From assembly GCA_964572955.1 (NCBI GenBank), contig CAZNGY010000008.1, positions 1-52,111 of the forward strand: a DNA stretch of 52,111 bases. Direction: 5' to 3'. The position numbers and the translations under genes are program-made. The notes under the pieces were generated by a model. It did no database searches. It saw only the letters and a program-made list of their open reading frames with translations, and was not told the DNA's origin. Shown here piece after piece: positions 28,333 through 38,177 of this stretch. The first letter of the stretch is position 1; each line of letters begins with the position of its first letter. Source of the stretch: an uncultured Lachnoclostridium sp. Lineage in GTDB: Bacteria; Bacillota; Clostridia; Lachnospirales; Lachnospiraceae.

Positions 28333-29220
28333 ATGAGCACTTTCACTCTTTCCTGCTGTTCAACAGCAGACATATCAAAAGAACATTTCAAAGCAAGAGA
28401 CATAAAATATGTATGTTTCCATTTTGAGCTTGACGGCAAAGACTATTTTGACGATCTTGGCGAATCAGTTCCGCCTGACCGTCTTTATAAAGAAATGATA
28501 AACGGTGCTTCTACAAAAACTTCAATGGTGAGCGTCGGTGAATATAAGGAATTTTTCGAACCGTTTCTTAAAGAAGGTTCCGATATCCTTCACCTGACAC
28601 TTTCATCTGGAATTTCCGGCACATACACTGCTGCCGTTATAGCTGCCGATGAACTCAGAGAAGCTTACCCTGAAAGAAAAATTTATATTGTAGATTCATT
28701 CGCAGCATCCAGCGGCTATGGTCTGCTTATGGATAAGGCTGCCGACCTCAGGGACGAAGGCAAAAATATAGATGAAGTTCATGAATGGGTACTGAATAAT
28801 CGTTTAAAACTTCATCACTGGTTCTTCTCAACCGACCTTACATTCTATATCCGAGGCGGAAGGGTTACAAAGACTGCCGGTCTTGTAGGTCAGGTTCTTA
28901 AAATTTGTCCGCTCCTTAATGTGAGCAACGAGGGAAAACTTATCCCAAGAGAGAAAGTTCAATCCAAAAAGCGTGTAATCAAAAGAACCTTTGAAAAAAT
29001 GCTTCAGTATGCTCAGGATAGAGATGATTACAATGAAAAAGTTTATATCAGCCAGTCTGAATGCATTGATGATGCAAAAGCTCTTGCCACTCTCATTGAG
29101 GAACATTATCCGAAACTGAAAGGAAAAGTTGAAATAAATGACATAGGAGCCACAATCGGAAGCCATACAGGTCCGGGTACAGTGGCACTCTTCTTCTGGG
29201 GAGATGAAAGAACTGAGTAA
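28333..29220 (+). CDS. DegV-family fatty-acid-binding protein (FakB-like)
   Basis: 295 aa. DegV/EDD-fold signatures (LSSGISGTY, tandem alpha/beta). GGGAGG RBS. Confidence 0.85.
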   Translation: MSTFTLSCCSTADISKEHFKARDIKYVCFHFELDGKDYFDDLGESVPPDRLYKEMINGASTKTSMVSVGEYKEFFEPFLKEGSDILHLTLSSGISGTYTAAVIAADELREAYPERKIYIVDSFAASSGYGLLMDKAADLRDEGKNIDEVHEWVLNNRLKLHHWFFSTDLTFYIRGGRVTKTAGLVGQVLKICPLLNVSNEGKLIPREKVQSKKRVIKRTFEKMLQYAQDRDDYNEKVYISQSECIDDAKALATLIEEHYPKLKGKVEINDIGATIGSHTGPGTVALFFWGDERTE

Positions 29221-29228
29221 GAAAAAAA

Positions 29229-29257
29229 ATACCGCACATATGTGCGGTATTTTTTTA
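29229..29257. terminator. bidirectional rho-independent terminator (degV and the convergent EAL gene)
   Basis: AAAAAAAAT-ACCGCACATATGTGCGGT-ATTTTTTT, a perfect hairpin with A/T runs on both sides. Confidence 0.8.
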
Positions 29258-31696
29258 AGCTTCAGCATCAAGCATTCTGGAAAATTCTTCAAATGATACA
29301 GGTCTTGAAAAATAATATCCCTGCAGATAATCACATCCGTGTTCCGTAAGAAAATTAACCTGTTCTTCTGTTTCCGTTCCTTCGGCAATAACCTCTGCAC
29401 CCATATTGTGAGCCATATCTATTAATGAACATATTATACTTTCCGTTTTCCTATTCTGTCCTATTTTTCTTACAAATCCGATATCAAGTTTGATTATGTC
29501 AAAATCATATTCCGTAATCGTATTTATTGACGAATACCCCGTTCCAAAGTCATCAATAAGCAGTTTTGCACCAAGCTCCTTTATGGCACTCAAAGTGTTT
29601 TTGTTTGTTTCCGCAATGGAAACATACGAAGATTCGGTGATTTCAAAACGGCATAATTCCTTCATCGTTCCCACGTTCTTCATGTCCTCAATAATGTTTT
29701 CCATCATTTCTTCATCATAGAAATCCATTCTGGAAAGGTTTACTGATACGGGAACTATCCTTTTTCCTTCAATGGCACGTTTCTCAATATCTTCTCTTGC
29801 CTTTCTGAGTATGTACATATCAAGCTGGGAAACATGACCATTTTCCTCTAACCCCGGTATAAAAAGACCCGGCGTAAGGATTCCCCTTGTCGGATGTTTC
29901 CATCTTACAAGTGCTTCTGCTGATACAATCTTTCTCGTTTTAGTGTTGTATATAGGCTGATAGTACGGAACAAACTCCTCATTCTTCAATGCATCCGACA
30001 AAAGTCCCAGCACTTCATTCTTATCCACATACTTTTCTACCATTGTATCATCATAGAATTCATACGGTTTGGCATATTCATTTGTTACATATGAAACCGC
30101 CAGTTTGGCACGATCTATCATCGTACTTACTCCTACTGAATAATCATCTATCCTGTAGATTCCGCATCGCTGATAAATTGTCACAGTCTTTCCATCCCGC
30201 TCAAATCTCTCAGAACATACACTTCGTATGTTTTCTGCCGTGGATTTATCACGTCTTATAAGTGCTATAAAATGATCCGAACTGGATCTTGCCGTAATAA
30301 GCGGCTCTAGTTCGGAATTTCTGATACAGCCCATTACATACTTAATTGCACTGTCACCACCCTTTATACCGAACAATTCATTTACCGCCTTAAAGCTCTT
30401 TATGTCAAAATAATAAATATCAAATTTCTCGTCAGAACTGCTGTCCCTTAAAATCCGCATTGCATTTCTGATAAAACCTCGTCGGTTAAGTCCGTCAGTA
30501 AGCATATCCTGTTCTGAAATATCCGTAACATCTTCACCCGTAATAAGAACTATATTAAGTGATCTGTCAAATATCGTGTATCGGAATTTAATCAGATGCT
30601 GGTTTCTGTCAGAATCAAGAATTGTTATCGTAAAATCATAACTGCCCCTCTGCATTACCTGATTTTCTATATTTCTTATTGATACCGCCTGTACGAACTT
30701 AGTTCTTTCAAAAGGTGCTACATGCTTATGAAGCATTTCCTGATTCACTATATTATAATCGGTAACCTTATTTTCACGAAAAACCTTACTGTCCTTATTG
30801 AAGGTTATTTTCTTCATCATTATCGTTGACTGTGCAAGATCAATAATTCCGATAAATTTATACTCGTTTTCATATAAGAGCTTAGGAAGAAGTTCCTGTA
30901 CATACTTCTCTGTAAAGTCTGAAAATGCTAATTCTACATACCTTCTTCCCTTACCGGTTTTTTCATTAACATTTACTACAACTTTTAAGAGAATCCGCTC
31001 CGCATTTCCCGGAATATATCCGAACTGCATCTCTGCAAAGTTCTTTTTTTCATTACACATGCTCTTGAGACTGTCCGGCGAAAGAATTTTTCTGCATCGT
31101 TCCTGAGCACTTATCGTAGGACATCCATTTACAATCTTTGCGTACAAATCCGAATAACTGTCAAGTATCTCATAACCAAGGATGTTATTCTTCTCATTAA
31201 ACACCTGCACAACTCTGTCATTTTCAATGTCTACAACCATGCTTACGGCTTTTTCCGCTCCAACAGCTGCCATCGATTTGATAGCACAGAGTTCTTCGTA
31301 CCTTACTTTCTGAAGTTCAAAAAAATTCTTTATTCTGTTCTGAAGTATCCTTGTATTACAGGGATACGTATAGTAATCCACAATACCAAGATCAAATCCA
31401 CATTCTATATCTTCCGGTTCCTGATCCGACGAAAGAATGATAATAGGAATTTCTTTACCGTAATTTCTTTCCTTGATAAGAGAAAGCAGCGTCAGTCCAT
31501 CCATTTCGGGCATCACAAGATCAAGAAGCACAAGATCAACCTCATCACTTCTCTCATCCAGAATTTCAAGAGCTTCTTTTCCGTTTGATGCATTAATGAT
31601 ACTGTAGGTTTTCCCCAATACTTCATTAAGCATTTTTCGGTTCATTTCTGCATCATCAACAATTAAAATAACCCGTTTATCCATCATCGCAATCAC
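29255..31696 (-). CDS. response regulator with REC, degenerate GGDEF (SSDHF) and EAL domains; likely a c-di-GMP phosphodiesterase
   Basis: 813 aa. N-terminal receiver (ILIVDDAEMN...LVLLDLVMPEMDG). A GGDEF-like domain where RxGGDEF is replaced by RSSSDHF. C-terminal EAL with EALVRW and DDFGTGYSS. Confidence 0.85.
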   Translation of the reverse strand: MIAMMDKRVILIVDDAEMNRKMLNEVLGKTYSIINASNGKEALEILDERSDEVDLVLLDLVMPEMDGLTLLSLIKERNYGKEIPIIILSSDQEPEDIECGFDLGIVDYYTYPCNTRILQNRIKNFFELQKVRYEELCAIKSMAAVGAEKAVSMVVDIENDRVVQVFNEKNNILGYEILDSYSDLYAKIVNGCPTISAQERCRKILSPDSLKSMCNEKKNFAEMQFGYIPGNAERILLKVVVNVNEKTGKGRRYVELAFSDFTEKYVQELLPKLLYENEYKFIGIIDLAQSTIMMKKITFNKDSKVFRENKVTDYNIVNQEMLHKHVAPFERTKFVQAVSIRNIENQVMQRGSYDFTITILDSDRNQHLIKFRYTIFDRSLNIVLITGEDVTDISEQDMLTDGLNRRGFIRNAMRILRDSSSDEKFDIYYFDIKSFKAVNELFGIKGGDSAIKYVMGCIRNSELEPLITARSSSDHFIALIRRDKSTAENIRSVCSERFERDGKTVTIYQRCGIYRIDDYSVGVSTMIDRAKLAVSYVTNEYAKPYEFYDDTMVEKYVDKNEVLGLLSDALKNEEFVPYYQPIYNTKTRKIVSAEALVRWKHPTRGILTPGLFIPGLEENGHVSQLDMYILRKAREDIEKRAIEGKRIVPVSVNLSRMDFYDEEMMENIIEDMKNVGTMKELCRFEITESSYVSIAETNKNTLSAIKELGAKLLIDDFGTGYSSINTITEYDFDIIKLDIGFVRKIGQNRKTESIICSLIDMAHNMGAEVIAEGTETEEQVNFLTEHGCDYLQGYYFSRPVSFEEFSRMLDAEA

Positions 31697-32051
31697 ACTT
31701 TCTCTCTTCTGATTGTTTTCGTTTTATAAATAATCCTTCTGCAGGGTTTTCTTTTATCCCCTTCTTTTGCTTTTCACACTCAAACAAACTGTTACAAAAG
31801 CACTTTACCAAATTCGCTCAATAATCTTCTTTAATAGTATCATTCTCTTTAAAAAATCACAACCCAAAATACAAATTATTGATATTTTTTTGATTTTATC
31901 TATAAAACTGACATATTTTCATACAAATATGCAGATTGCATGTTCAGAGTAAAAATCGGCTTATTTTTCTCATACTTTTTACTCTTTCATCCTGACATTC
32001 CGGTCTTTGAAGAATAAAGCACCTGCCAAAACACTGCATGGCGGATTCTCT

Positions 32052-32522
32052 CTATTTCTTTTGTTTTGGTCTCTCTGATTTAATAACATTCTTGTAGAGA
32101 AATATATCTTTATTTTCTGTCACTACAAAGCTGTCTTTTTTTACATACTCCGCTGCTCCGTACTTTTTTGATACAGACTTGTGTTGTGCTGCCATTGCGC
32201 CTACAATAACGACCGCCGCCACTACTCCTATACCTATTGACCTTATCAGAATTCCAAATGAAAACGTTTCCGCCTCAAGTTTTACAACTTCTGTAGTGCT
32301 GAATTCTTCCTCATTTTCAGATTCTATGTCAAAGTCTGTGTCGGAATGAACACTAACCTTATCAGTTTTATATACATTCTCTGTTTCAATTGAATCTGCC
32401 TCCTCATATGAGAAGACAACTGCCGTATATTTTTCACATTCCCGGTCGGTATTTTCCGCAGAAGCCCCCGGTGAACACATCATTGTGAGACATAATGTAA
32501 AAATAAATAATGCATTTTTCAT
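32052..32522 (-). CDS. small bitopic membrane protein (signal peptide, acidic ectodomain, one TM, basic tail)
   Basis: 156 aa. MKNALFIFTLCLTMMCSPGASA signal, Glu/Asp-rich middle, then TM GIGVVAAVVIVGAMAA. AGGAGG RBS. Lies 20 nt after the upstream gene. Confidence 0.45.
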   Translation of the reverse strand: MKNALFIFTLCLTMMCSPGASAENTDRECEKYTAVVFSYEEADSIETENVYKTDKVSVHSDTDFDIESENEEEFSTTEVVKLEAETFSFGILIRSIGIGVVAAVVIVGAMAAQHKSVSKKYGAAEYVKKDSFVVTENKDIFLYKNVIKSERPKQKK

Positions 32523-32541
32523 AAATACCTCCTGACCGGTT

Positions 32542-33618
32542 CTATAATAAAATAAGCTGGAAAATAAGTGCTGCCGCCGACACTCCTAAGAAAATAAGTG
32601 TCGACAGCTTCAGACACTCGGTTTTATCAACCGGAAGATTTCCGACAAATTTCCCGGTTTGCCCGTTCATCGCAAACGTATAATTTTTTCCGTTCCATTT
32701 TGTTGTCAAAAGCCAAACCGGATAAAGCACATACTGACATTTACCGTTTTTAAACTTCACATTGCTTGATGTTGTTTCTACTGAAGAATAACCTGTAACC
32801 GTCTCCCTGAACTTATCAATTGTACTCTGCTTTATTCTTTCATTCGCTCTTTCTGAGCATTTATCCTTCTCAACATCATACCGATCCGCAAGATAACCTG
32901 CAAGATATGCTGTCTGAAACGTTTCTGCTGATGAAAAATCAAAAGGCTCTATTGATTCCATAAGTTCATCCGGCATTTTGCTCGAACCATCCACCGGAAC
33001 TCTCTGAAATCCCACTCTTCCCGAACGTATTATTTTATAATAGGATTTTTCAGTATAATCGTAACGGCTGTCACTCCAATGTCTTACCTTACATCCCTCA
33101 TATTTAATATGGGCATCCGTATCAGCATCAAACAGCCAGAACGGAACATAAATTCCCTTTATTTCGTCCAAACGGTTCTCATCCTTAAAAGCCTTAGGCA
33201 GTAGCCTTTTTCCCTGATAATGCTTTCTGAGTGCCGACTTAGCCGCCTCCTTATCATATTTGAACGGTATCACATAATCCGGCTTCAAGTCGCCTGAGAA
33301 CTGTCCCTTCAGAACTATCGGATTGTCACAATAAGGGCATGAAGTAGCCGCCATGCTTTCGTCTCCTACAATTTCGCCTCCGCAGGATTTGCAAATATAT
33401 GTTCTGAGTCCGTCAGTTTCACCGTCCTGCCATTCATTGGCTTCATTACTTTCCCAGACAACATCTTCCTCTTTTTCATTTTCAGGTTCACTATCATGAT
33501 TCATGAAATAATCCATTTCAAATTCGCTGTCGCAGTAAGGACACTTTACTTTTTGAACCGATGTATTGAACTCAACTGCACCTCCGCAGCACGGACATTT
33601 ATATTCCTGTAAATCCAT
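32542..33618 (-). CDS. zinc-ribbon protein with C-terminal TM anchor (YdjG/YdjH-like partner of the SPFH protein)
   Basis: Two CxxC...CxxC ribbons (YKCPCCGG...CPYCDSEF; CKSCGG...CPYCDNP). C-terminal hydrophobic helix. Start chosen at MDLQEYK after an intercistronic hairpin; the ORF track extends to 33678. Confidence 0.5.
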   Translation of the reverse strand: MDLQEYKCPCCGGAVEFNTSVQKVKCPYCDSEFEMDYFMNHDSEPENEKEEDVVWESNEANEWQDGETDGLRTYICKSCGGEIVGDESMAATSCPYCDNPIVLKGQFSGDLKPDYVIPFKYDKEAAKSALRKHYQGKRLLPKAFKDENRLDEIKGIYVPFWLFDADTDAHIKYEGCKVRHWSDSRYDYTEKSYYKIIRSGRVGFQRVPVDGSSKMPDELMESIEPFDFSSAETFQTAYLAGYLADRYDVEKDKCSERANERIKQSTIDKFRETVTGYSSVETTSSNVKFKNGKCQYVLYPVWLLTTKWNGKNYTFAMNGQTGKFVGNLPVDKTECLKLSTLIFLGVSAAALIFQLILL

Positions 33619-33644
33619 ATGTTTCCGCCTTTCATATGCCATAT

Positions 33645-33672
33645 TTAACAGAATCGGAGGCATATGCCTCCG
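33645..33672 (-). other. intercistronic perfect hairpin between the SPFH gene and the zinc-ribbon gene
   Basis: GAATCGGAGGC-ATAT-GCCTCCGATTC (11-bp stem). Confidence 0.5.
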
Positions 33673-33702
33673 ATTCAAAAAAGTTCGTTTTGTTAAACAA
33701 GT

Positions 33703-35121
33703 TTAATTAATAACATCTCCGTCATCGAAAACATCTCCGCATTCAGGGCAGAATTTTGGCGGATTCTTTGGATCTGCGGGTTCCCATCCGCATTTATCAC
33801 ACTTATAAAGCGGTTCTGCCGCAGGTTTCCTGGCACCACATTCCGGACAGAATTTCCCCTTATTTACAGCTCCGCATGTACAAATCCAACCCTGTGGCTG
33901 CTCCGGTTTTTTTGCTCCGCACTCCTGACAGAAGTTACCGACTGCCATTGCTCCGCAGGAACATTTCCATTCGCCTTCTTCCTTCTTTTTTTCAGGCTTC
34001 TTTGCTCCGCATTCAGTGCAGAATTTTCCTGTAGAAACAGCTCCGCAGGAACATTTCCATTCGCCCGCCTTTTTTCCTGCTTCACGTTCTGCGGTCTTCT
34101 TAGCTTCCTGTTCCTGACCCATTGCATAAAGACTCTGTGCATTCATACCGTTTGTCGAATTCATTGCCATTCCCATTCCCATAAATCCGGTCATTGCACC
34201 CGCCTTATTTCCGGCTGCAGTCTTCATTGCTTCTGCTTGAGCCTCTACTAATGTAGCACCCGCCATACTTGCATCTTTAAGCATTGCAGTACGCTGAGCC
34301 TGTTTAATTAATTCTGCATCTTCTTCCGGAAGTGTAAGTGTTCCGAGGGCTACGCTTACAACCTTTAAACCTCTGAGTTCTCCCCATTTTTTGGAGAGTT
34401 CTTCCATCATTGCTTCTTCAAGAGCCGCACTGTCTGCAACAAGCTGGTTTGGTCTGATTTCTTTTGCTGAAAGTTTTGCCATTGCAGGCTGAAGAGCACT
34501 TATAAATTCTGTCTTTAACTGCTTATCTATCTGTTCTCTTCTGAAATCATCCGTTACATTTCCGCAGACATTGGTATAAAAGAGCAATGGATTTTCAATT
34601 TTATATGAATAAACCCCCGAACATCTTACTGCCACATCAATATCAAGGTTTATCTTCGAATCAACAATTCTGAAAGGAATAGGATTACTCGTACCAAACT
34701 TGTTATCCATGAGTTCTTTCGTATTGAAATAGTAAATTCGCTGATCCTTTGCAGTGTCTCCACCATATGTAAATCTCTTGCCTATGGTTTTAAATGTTGA
34801 TATGATGCTGTCTCCGAGACTTCCTGAAAAAACAGAAGGTTCCGTTGAAGTGTCATATGTAAATTCTCCCGGTTCAGCACAAACTTCAACCACCTTGCCC
34901 TGCTCAACAATTATCATACACTGACCGTCAGCAACCGCAATCCCTGAACCATTCGTAATTATATTGTCACTTGCTTTTGTATTTGATGATTTAGCGGAAA
35001 TAACTTTCTTACCCTTTGTCATAAGAATGTTGTCTCCTAACGCCTCACAGTAAAAAAACTCCTTCCACTGATCTCCCAACACACTGCCGCCTGCACCTTT
35101 AAGTGCTTTAATTAATCCCAT
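33703..35121 (-). CDS. SPFH/Band-7-like protein of the YdjI family with four C-terminal tandem zinc-ribbon repeats
   Basis: 472 aa. The N-terminus MGLIKALKGAGGSVLGDQWKEFFYCEALGDN...GQCMIIVEQGKVVEVCAEPGEFTYDTSTEP resembles B. subtilis YdjI as recalled from memory. C-terminal repeats (GEWKCSCGA...FCxECGAKKP) x4. GAAGGGAGA RBS. Confidence 0.7.
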   Translation of the reverse strand: MGLIKALKGAGGSVLGDQWKEFFYCEALGDNILMTKGKKVISAKSSNTKASDNIITNGSGIAVADGQCMIIVEQGKVVEVCAEPGEFTYDTSTEPSVFSGSLGDSIISTFKTIGKRFTYGGDTAKDQRIYYFNTKELMDNKFGTSNPIPFRIVDSKINLDIDVAVRCSGVYSYKIENPLLFYTNVCGNVTDDFRREQIDKQLKTEFISALQPAMAKLSAKEIRPNQLVADSAALEEAMMEELSKKWGELRGLKVVSVALGTLTLPEEDAELIKQAQRTAMLKDASMAGATLVEAQAEAMKTAAGNKAGAMTGFMGMGMAMNSTNGMNAQSLYAMGQEQEAKKTAEREAGKKAGEWKCSCGAVSTGKFCTECGAKKPEKKKEEGEWKCSCGAMAVGNFCQECGAKKPEQPQGWICTCGAVNKGKFCPECGARKPAAEPLYKCDKCGWEPADPKNPPKFCPECGDVFDDGDVIN

Positions 35122-35222
35122 AACTAATCTCCCTTCAACTGATATCTTTTCACTGCTGTCTTCACAGACATTTTCATTATATCTGAATTTGTCGCATTAT
35201 ACAATATTCTGTAAAATTTTGC

Positions 35223-36065
35223 CTATAATTTGCCGAGTCTCTTAAGCAGATAAGGTATTTCCTTTTCAAACTCTACCCCATACCAACATCCGCTTTCCTT
35301 ATCCTTAACTGTTGTTTCAATACATTTTGCAGTATAATCTGCCGATACCGGCAAAGCCTCCTTCCAGTTAAGACCGTTCATAAGTGCTCCGGTAAACGTA
35401 CTTGCAAATATATCTCCGGTTCCATGGAAGGTTGCATCTATCCTGTCATTTTCATAGTAAAAATACTCATCATTTATACGGTCATATCCGTATGCTCCTG
35501 TCTTTCCGTCTTTAAAACCTACTCCGGTAAGTATTGAAATCTTTGCACCAAGGTCCGCAAGTTTTCCAAGCATTTCTTTTATGTATGCTTCATCGTAAAC
35601 TTCTTTATATTCCATTCCCGTCATAAATGATGCTTCCGTTATATTCGGAAGAATTATGTCGGCCTTTGAACAAAGAATTTCTGCCATCTTCGCTGCAAAG
35701 CTCTCATCAAATGCAGGATAAAGTTTTCCATTATCTGCCATTACCGGGTCAACAATAATAACATTCTTATCAGTTTTAAACTTATCAAAAACACCGGCAA
35801 CAATTTCAAGCTGATCTGCCGTTGCAATGTATCCTGTGTAAATTGCATCAAAATCTATTTTTTCATCTAACCAGTGATCCGTAATCGGATTAATCTGGTC
35901 TTCAAGATCCTTACATGTGAAATTCTTAAACATTGTATGTGTTGAAAGTACCGCTGTCGGAATAATTGCAGTTTCCACACCCATTGCAGAAATCACCGGA
36001 AGTGCCACCGTAATGGAACACTTTCCTACGCATGAAATGTCCTGAATTGTTAATATTCTCTTCAT
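35223..36065 (-). CDS. pdxK: pyridoxal/pyridoxamine kinase (PfkB/ribokinase superfamily)
   Basis: 280 aa. MKRILTIQDISCVGKCSITVALPVISAMGVE N-terminus typical of PdxK/PdxY, with a C-terminal GTGD anion hole. Confidence 0.8.
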   Translation of the reverse strand: MKRILTIQDISCVGKCSITVALPVISAMGVETAIIPTAVLSTHTMFKNFTCKDLEDQINPITDHWLDEKIDFDAIYTGYIATADQLEIVAGVFDKFKTDKNVIIVDPVMADNGKLYPAFDESFAAKMAEILCSKADIILPNITEASFMTGMEYKEVYDEAYIKEMLGKLADLGAKISILTGVGFKDGKTGAYGYDRINDEYFYYENDRIDATFHGTGDIFASTFTGALMNGLNWKEALPVSADYTAKCIETTVKDKESGCWYGVEFEKEIPYLLKRLGKL

Positions 36066-36125
36066 CTTTTTTTCAGCCGGTCTGTATGCCGGCTTTCCTC
36101 CTTTATATTAAATATATTTCCCCGA

Positions 36126-36728
36126 TTACTCACCAAGATGTTCGTAATCGCCTCTTTCAAATCTGTGATATGTTATTCTGAATCCATCATCTTCTACGCA
36201 ATATACATATGGATCCTTTTCGCCTTTTTCAAAAGAAAAACGATGTCCCATTCCATTTTCTTCTTCCTCTTCAACCGTAACATCTCCGTATTCTGAAGCG
36301 TAATTTTCAAAAACCTTCCTCACCTCATCCATTTTTCCGGATTTTACGGCAGCCAGAAAATCATTTAAAAAAGCCGGTGTTTCCACATTTTTTTCAATGT
36401 ATCTGCAGGCTTTCCCGCTTACCGTAATGCAAAATCTCTCTTTACCATAAGATATGCCGGAATCCGAAAGATAATCTGCCTTCTCCTTAAGTCTTTTCAC
36501 AATACATTTTTTTATTTCTTCATTATCTGTTTCCTTATCAATTGACAGATAACCGCACAATGCATTTTTAGGATAATAAAGCTTTATACCGGAATCATCT
36601 GTTCCGATTTTTACTTCCCATTCCTTCACAGTGTCCGTAATATGCTTCTCAAGTGTCATATTTTCCTTTCTCTCAGCGCTGTTATTAAAACCTTCGTCTG
36701 AATACGCATTATTCTGGTATGTTATCAT
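36126..36728 (-). CDS. hypothetical cytoplasmic protein
   Basis: 200 aa, acidic C-terminus, no recognisable motif. The start could be an internal Met (MTLEKH). Confidence 0.4.
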   Translation of the reverse strand: MITYQNNAYSDEGFNNSAERKENMTLEKHITDTVKEWEVKIGTDDSGIKLYYPKNALCGYLSIDKETDNEEIKKCIVKRLKEKADYLSDSGISYGKERFCITVSGKACRYIEKNVETPAFLNDFLAAVKSGKMDEVRKVFENYASEYGDVTVEEEEENGMGHRFSFEKGEKDPYVYCVEDDGFRITYHRFERGDYEHLGE

Positions 36729-36846
36729 ACAAAAAACAATTCTCTGACATTATATAACCATTTTTTCATTTCACCAACAATTTTTTTATTTTTTTAAGAC
36801 AATTCATCGCCTGCTTCTTTAGTCAAAAATATACTCTTAAGAAAAA

Positions 36847-36882
36847 ACAACCTCCCGTTATGTTTTCAAAACGGGAGGTTGT
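36847..36882 (-). terminator. rho-independent terminator of the lipoprotein gene
   Basis: ACAACCTCCCGTT-(9-nt loop)-AACGGGAGGTTGT followed on the minus strand by UUUUUUCUU. Confidence 0.75.
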
Positions 36883-36902
36883 TTCATTCAACTTTATAAA
36901 AT

Positions 36903-38177
36903 TTACTGTCTTGTGAGACTTCCGTCAAATACATATGAAGGGAGTTCAAGTGTATCTTTAGTACTGCCTTCTTCACATGCTACTGAAAAATAATCATACT
37001 GATTACCATCAGCAGGCTTTGTAATCCAGGAATCAAAATAGAAATCAAATGTCATCTTGCTGCCTGATTCATAGTAACTGTCAAGTTCTGAATTCCAGCT
37101 GTATGTGCCGTTATCTTTGCTTGCAAATTCAACAGTTGCCGGGAATGTATCCTCATCCTCGTCATACTCATCTGAAACAGTTACCGTAAGTGTTTCTCCA
37201 TCTGCGTTTGTACCTTTCCATGTTCCGGAGTATACACACTCAACTTCTTTTTCAATATCATCAATGTCATATAAGCTCCACTCTTTATCTGACTGATAAT
37301 AGTAATACTCGAGAGTTGCCGTTACGCTCATTTTAAGGTCATCACACTCGAAATCAAAACTTACATCTGTGTAAAGATAATTTGTTCCATCAGGTTCAGC
37401 ATCTTCAAGTTCAAAGTTTGTAACCTTTCCATCAGAGAAATATCTCGTATATCCGAGACATCTTACTCCACTGAAAGAATTCTTTAACTGTTCTGCAACC
37501 TCATCAGCCGTATAAGTGAACTTGTATTCATCGGTATATTCAAAGTCATAATCTGAATCTACTTCTACGTTGCTGTATGACCAGCCATAGTAGTATGAGA
37601 AATCTGCAGTTGCATTAAATGTATACTCACACATTGCTGTTTCTGCTGTCACTTCTACTTTAACGGTATCAATCATTTCTTCTTCGTCAAGATTGTGTTC
37701 CTTAATCTTAACTCCGGTAACATCACTGCTGTATACATAGATCGAATCGCTAAGGCTATAGCTTATGTCACCAAGAATTTCTTCCACTGTTTCGTCATCA
37801 ACTTCCTCTACAAGCTTCTGAACCAGATCTCCGTCCTTTTCAACTTCCTTACATTTCCACTTACTTTCCTTTTTATCTTTAAGCTTAAAAGTAAGATTAT
37901 ATTCCTGTGAATACTCAACAGGTCCATATGAGTAACTTACTGTTGCGTCTACTTTTGCCTTGTCCTTATCATCGTTAAGTTTAACCTTGTCAACTTTAAC
38001 ATCATATTTAATTTTGTTTCCATCTTCATCGGTTCTATCCTTGTCGATATAACCTTCATCTTCAATTGCATCTTCTACATCCTCTGCCGTAGGATTATCC
38101 GGACCGCCGCACGCTGTTGCGAAGAGCATTGTTGCAGCCATCACAAATCCGAAAGCAAGCATCTTAAGCTTTCTCAT
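36903..38177 (-). CDS. acidic Asp/Glu/Tyr-rich lipoprotein of unknown function
   Basis: Lipobox MRKLKMLAFGFVMAATMLFATAC|GG after an AGGAGG RBS (the ORF track extends to 38225). Very acidic with many YY/DED runs. Confidence 0.5.
   Translation of the reverse strand: MRKLKMLAFGFVMAATMLFATACGGPDNPTAEDVEDAIEDEGYIDKDRTDEDGNKIKYDVKVDKVKLNDDKDKAKVDATVSYSYGPVEYSQEYNLTFKLKDKKESKWKCKEVEKDGDLVQKLVEEVDDETVEEILGDISYSLSDSIYVYSSDVTGVKIKEHNLDEEEMIDTVKVEVTAETAMCEYTFNATADFSYYYGWSYSNVEVDSDYDFEYTDEYKFTYTADEVAEQLKNSFSGVRCLGYTRYFSDGKVTNFELEDAEPDGTNYLYTDVSFDFECDDLKMSVTATLEYYYYQSDKEWSLYDIDDIEKEVECVYSGTWKGTNADGETLTVTVSDEYDEDEDTFPATVEFASKDNGTYSWNSELDSYYESGSKMTFDFYFDSWITKPADGNQYDYFSVACEEGSTKDTLELPSYVFDGSLTRQ

Noticed and set aside
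31697-32051. 355-bp AT-rich gap, searched for sRNA, a small ORF or a riboswitch.
   Set aside because: It has only weak 4-5-bp palindromes and no conserved motif. It is most simply the promoter region of the REC-GGDEF-EAL gene.
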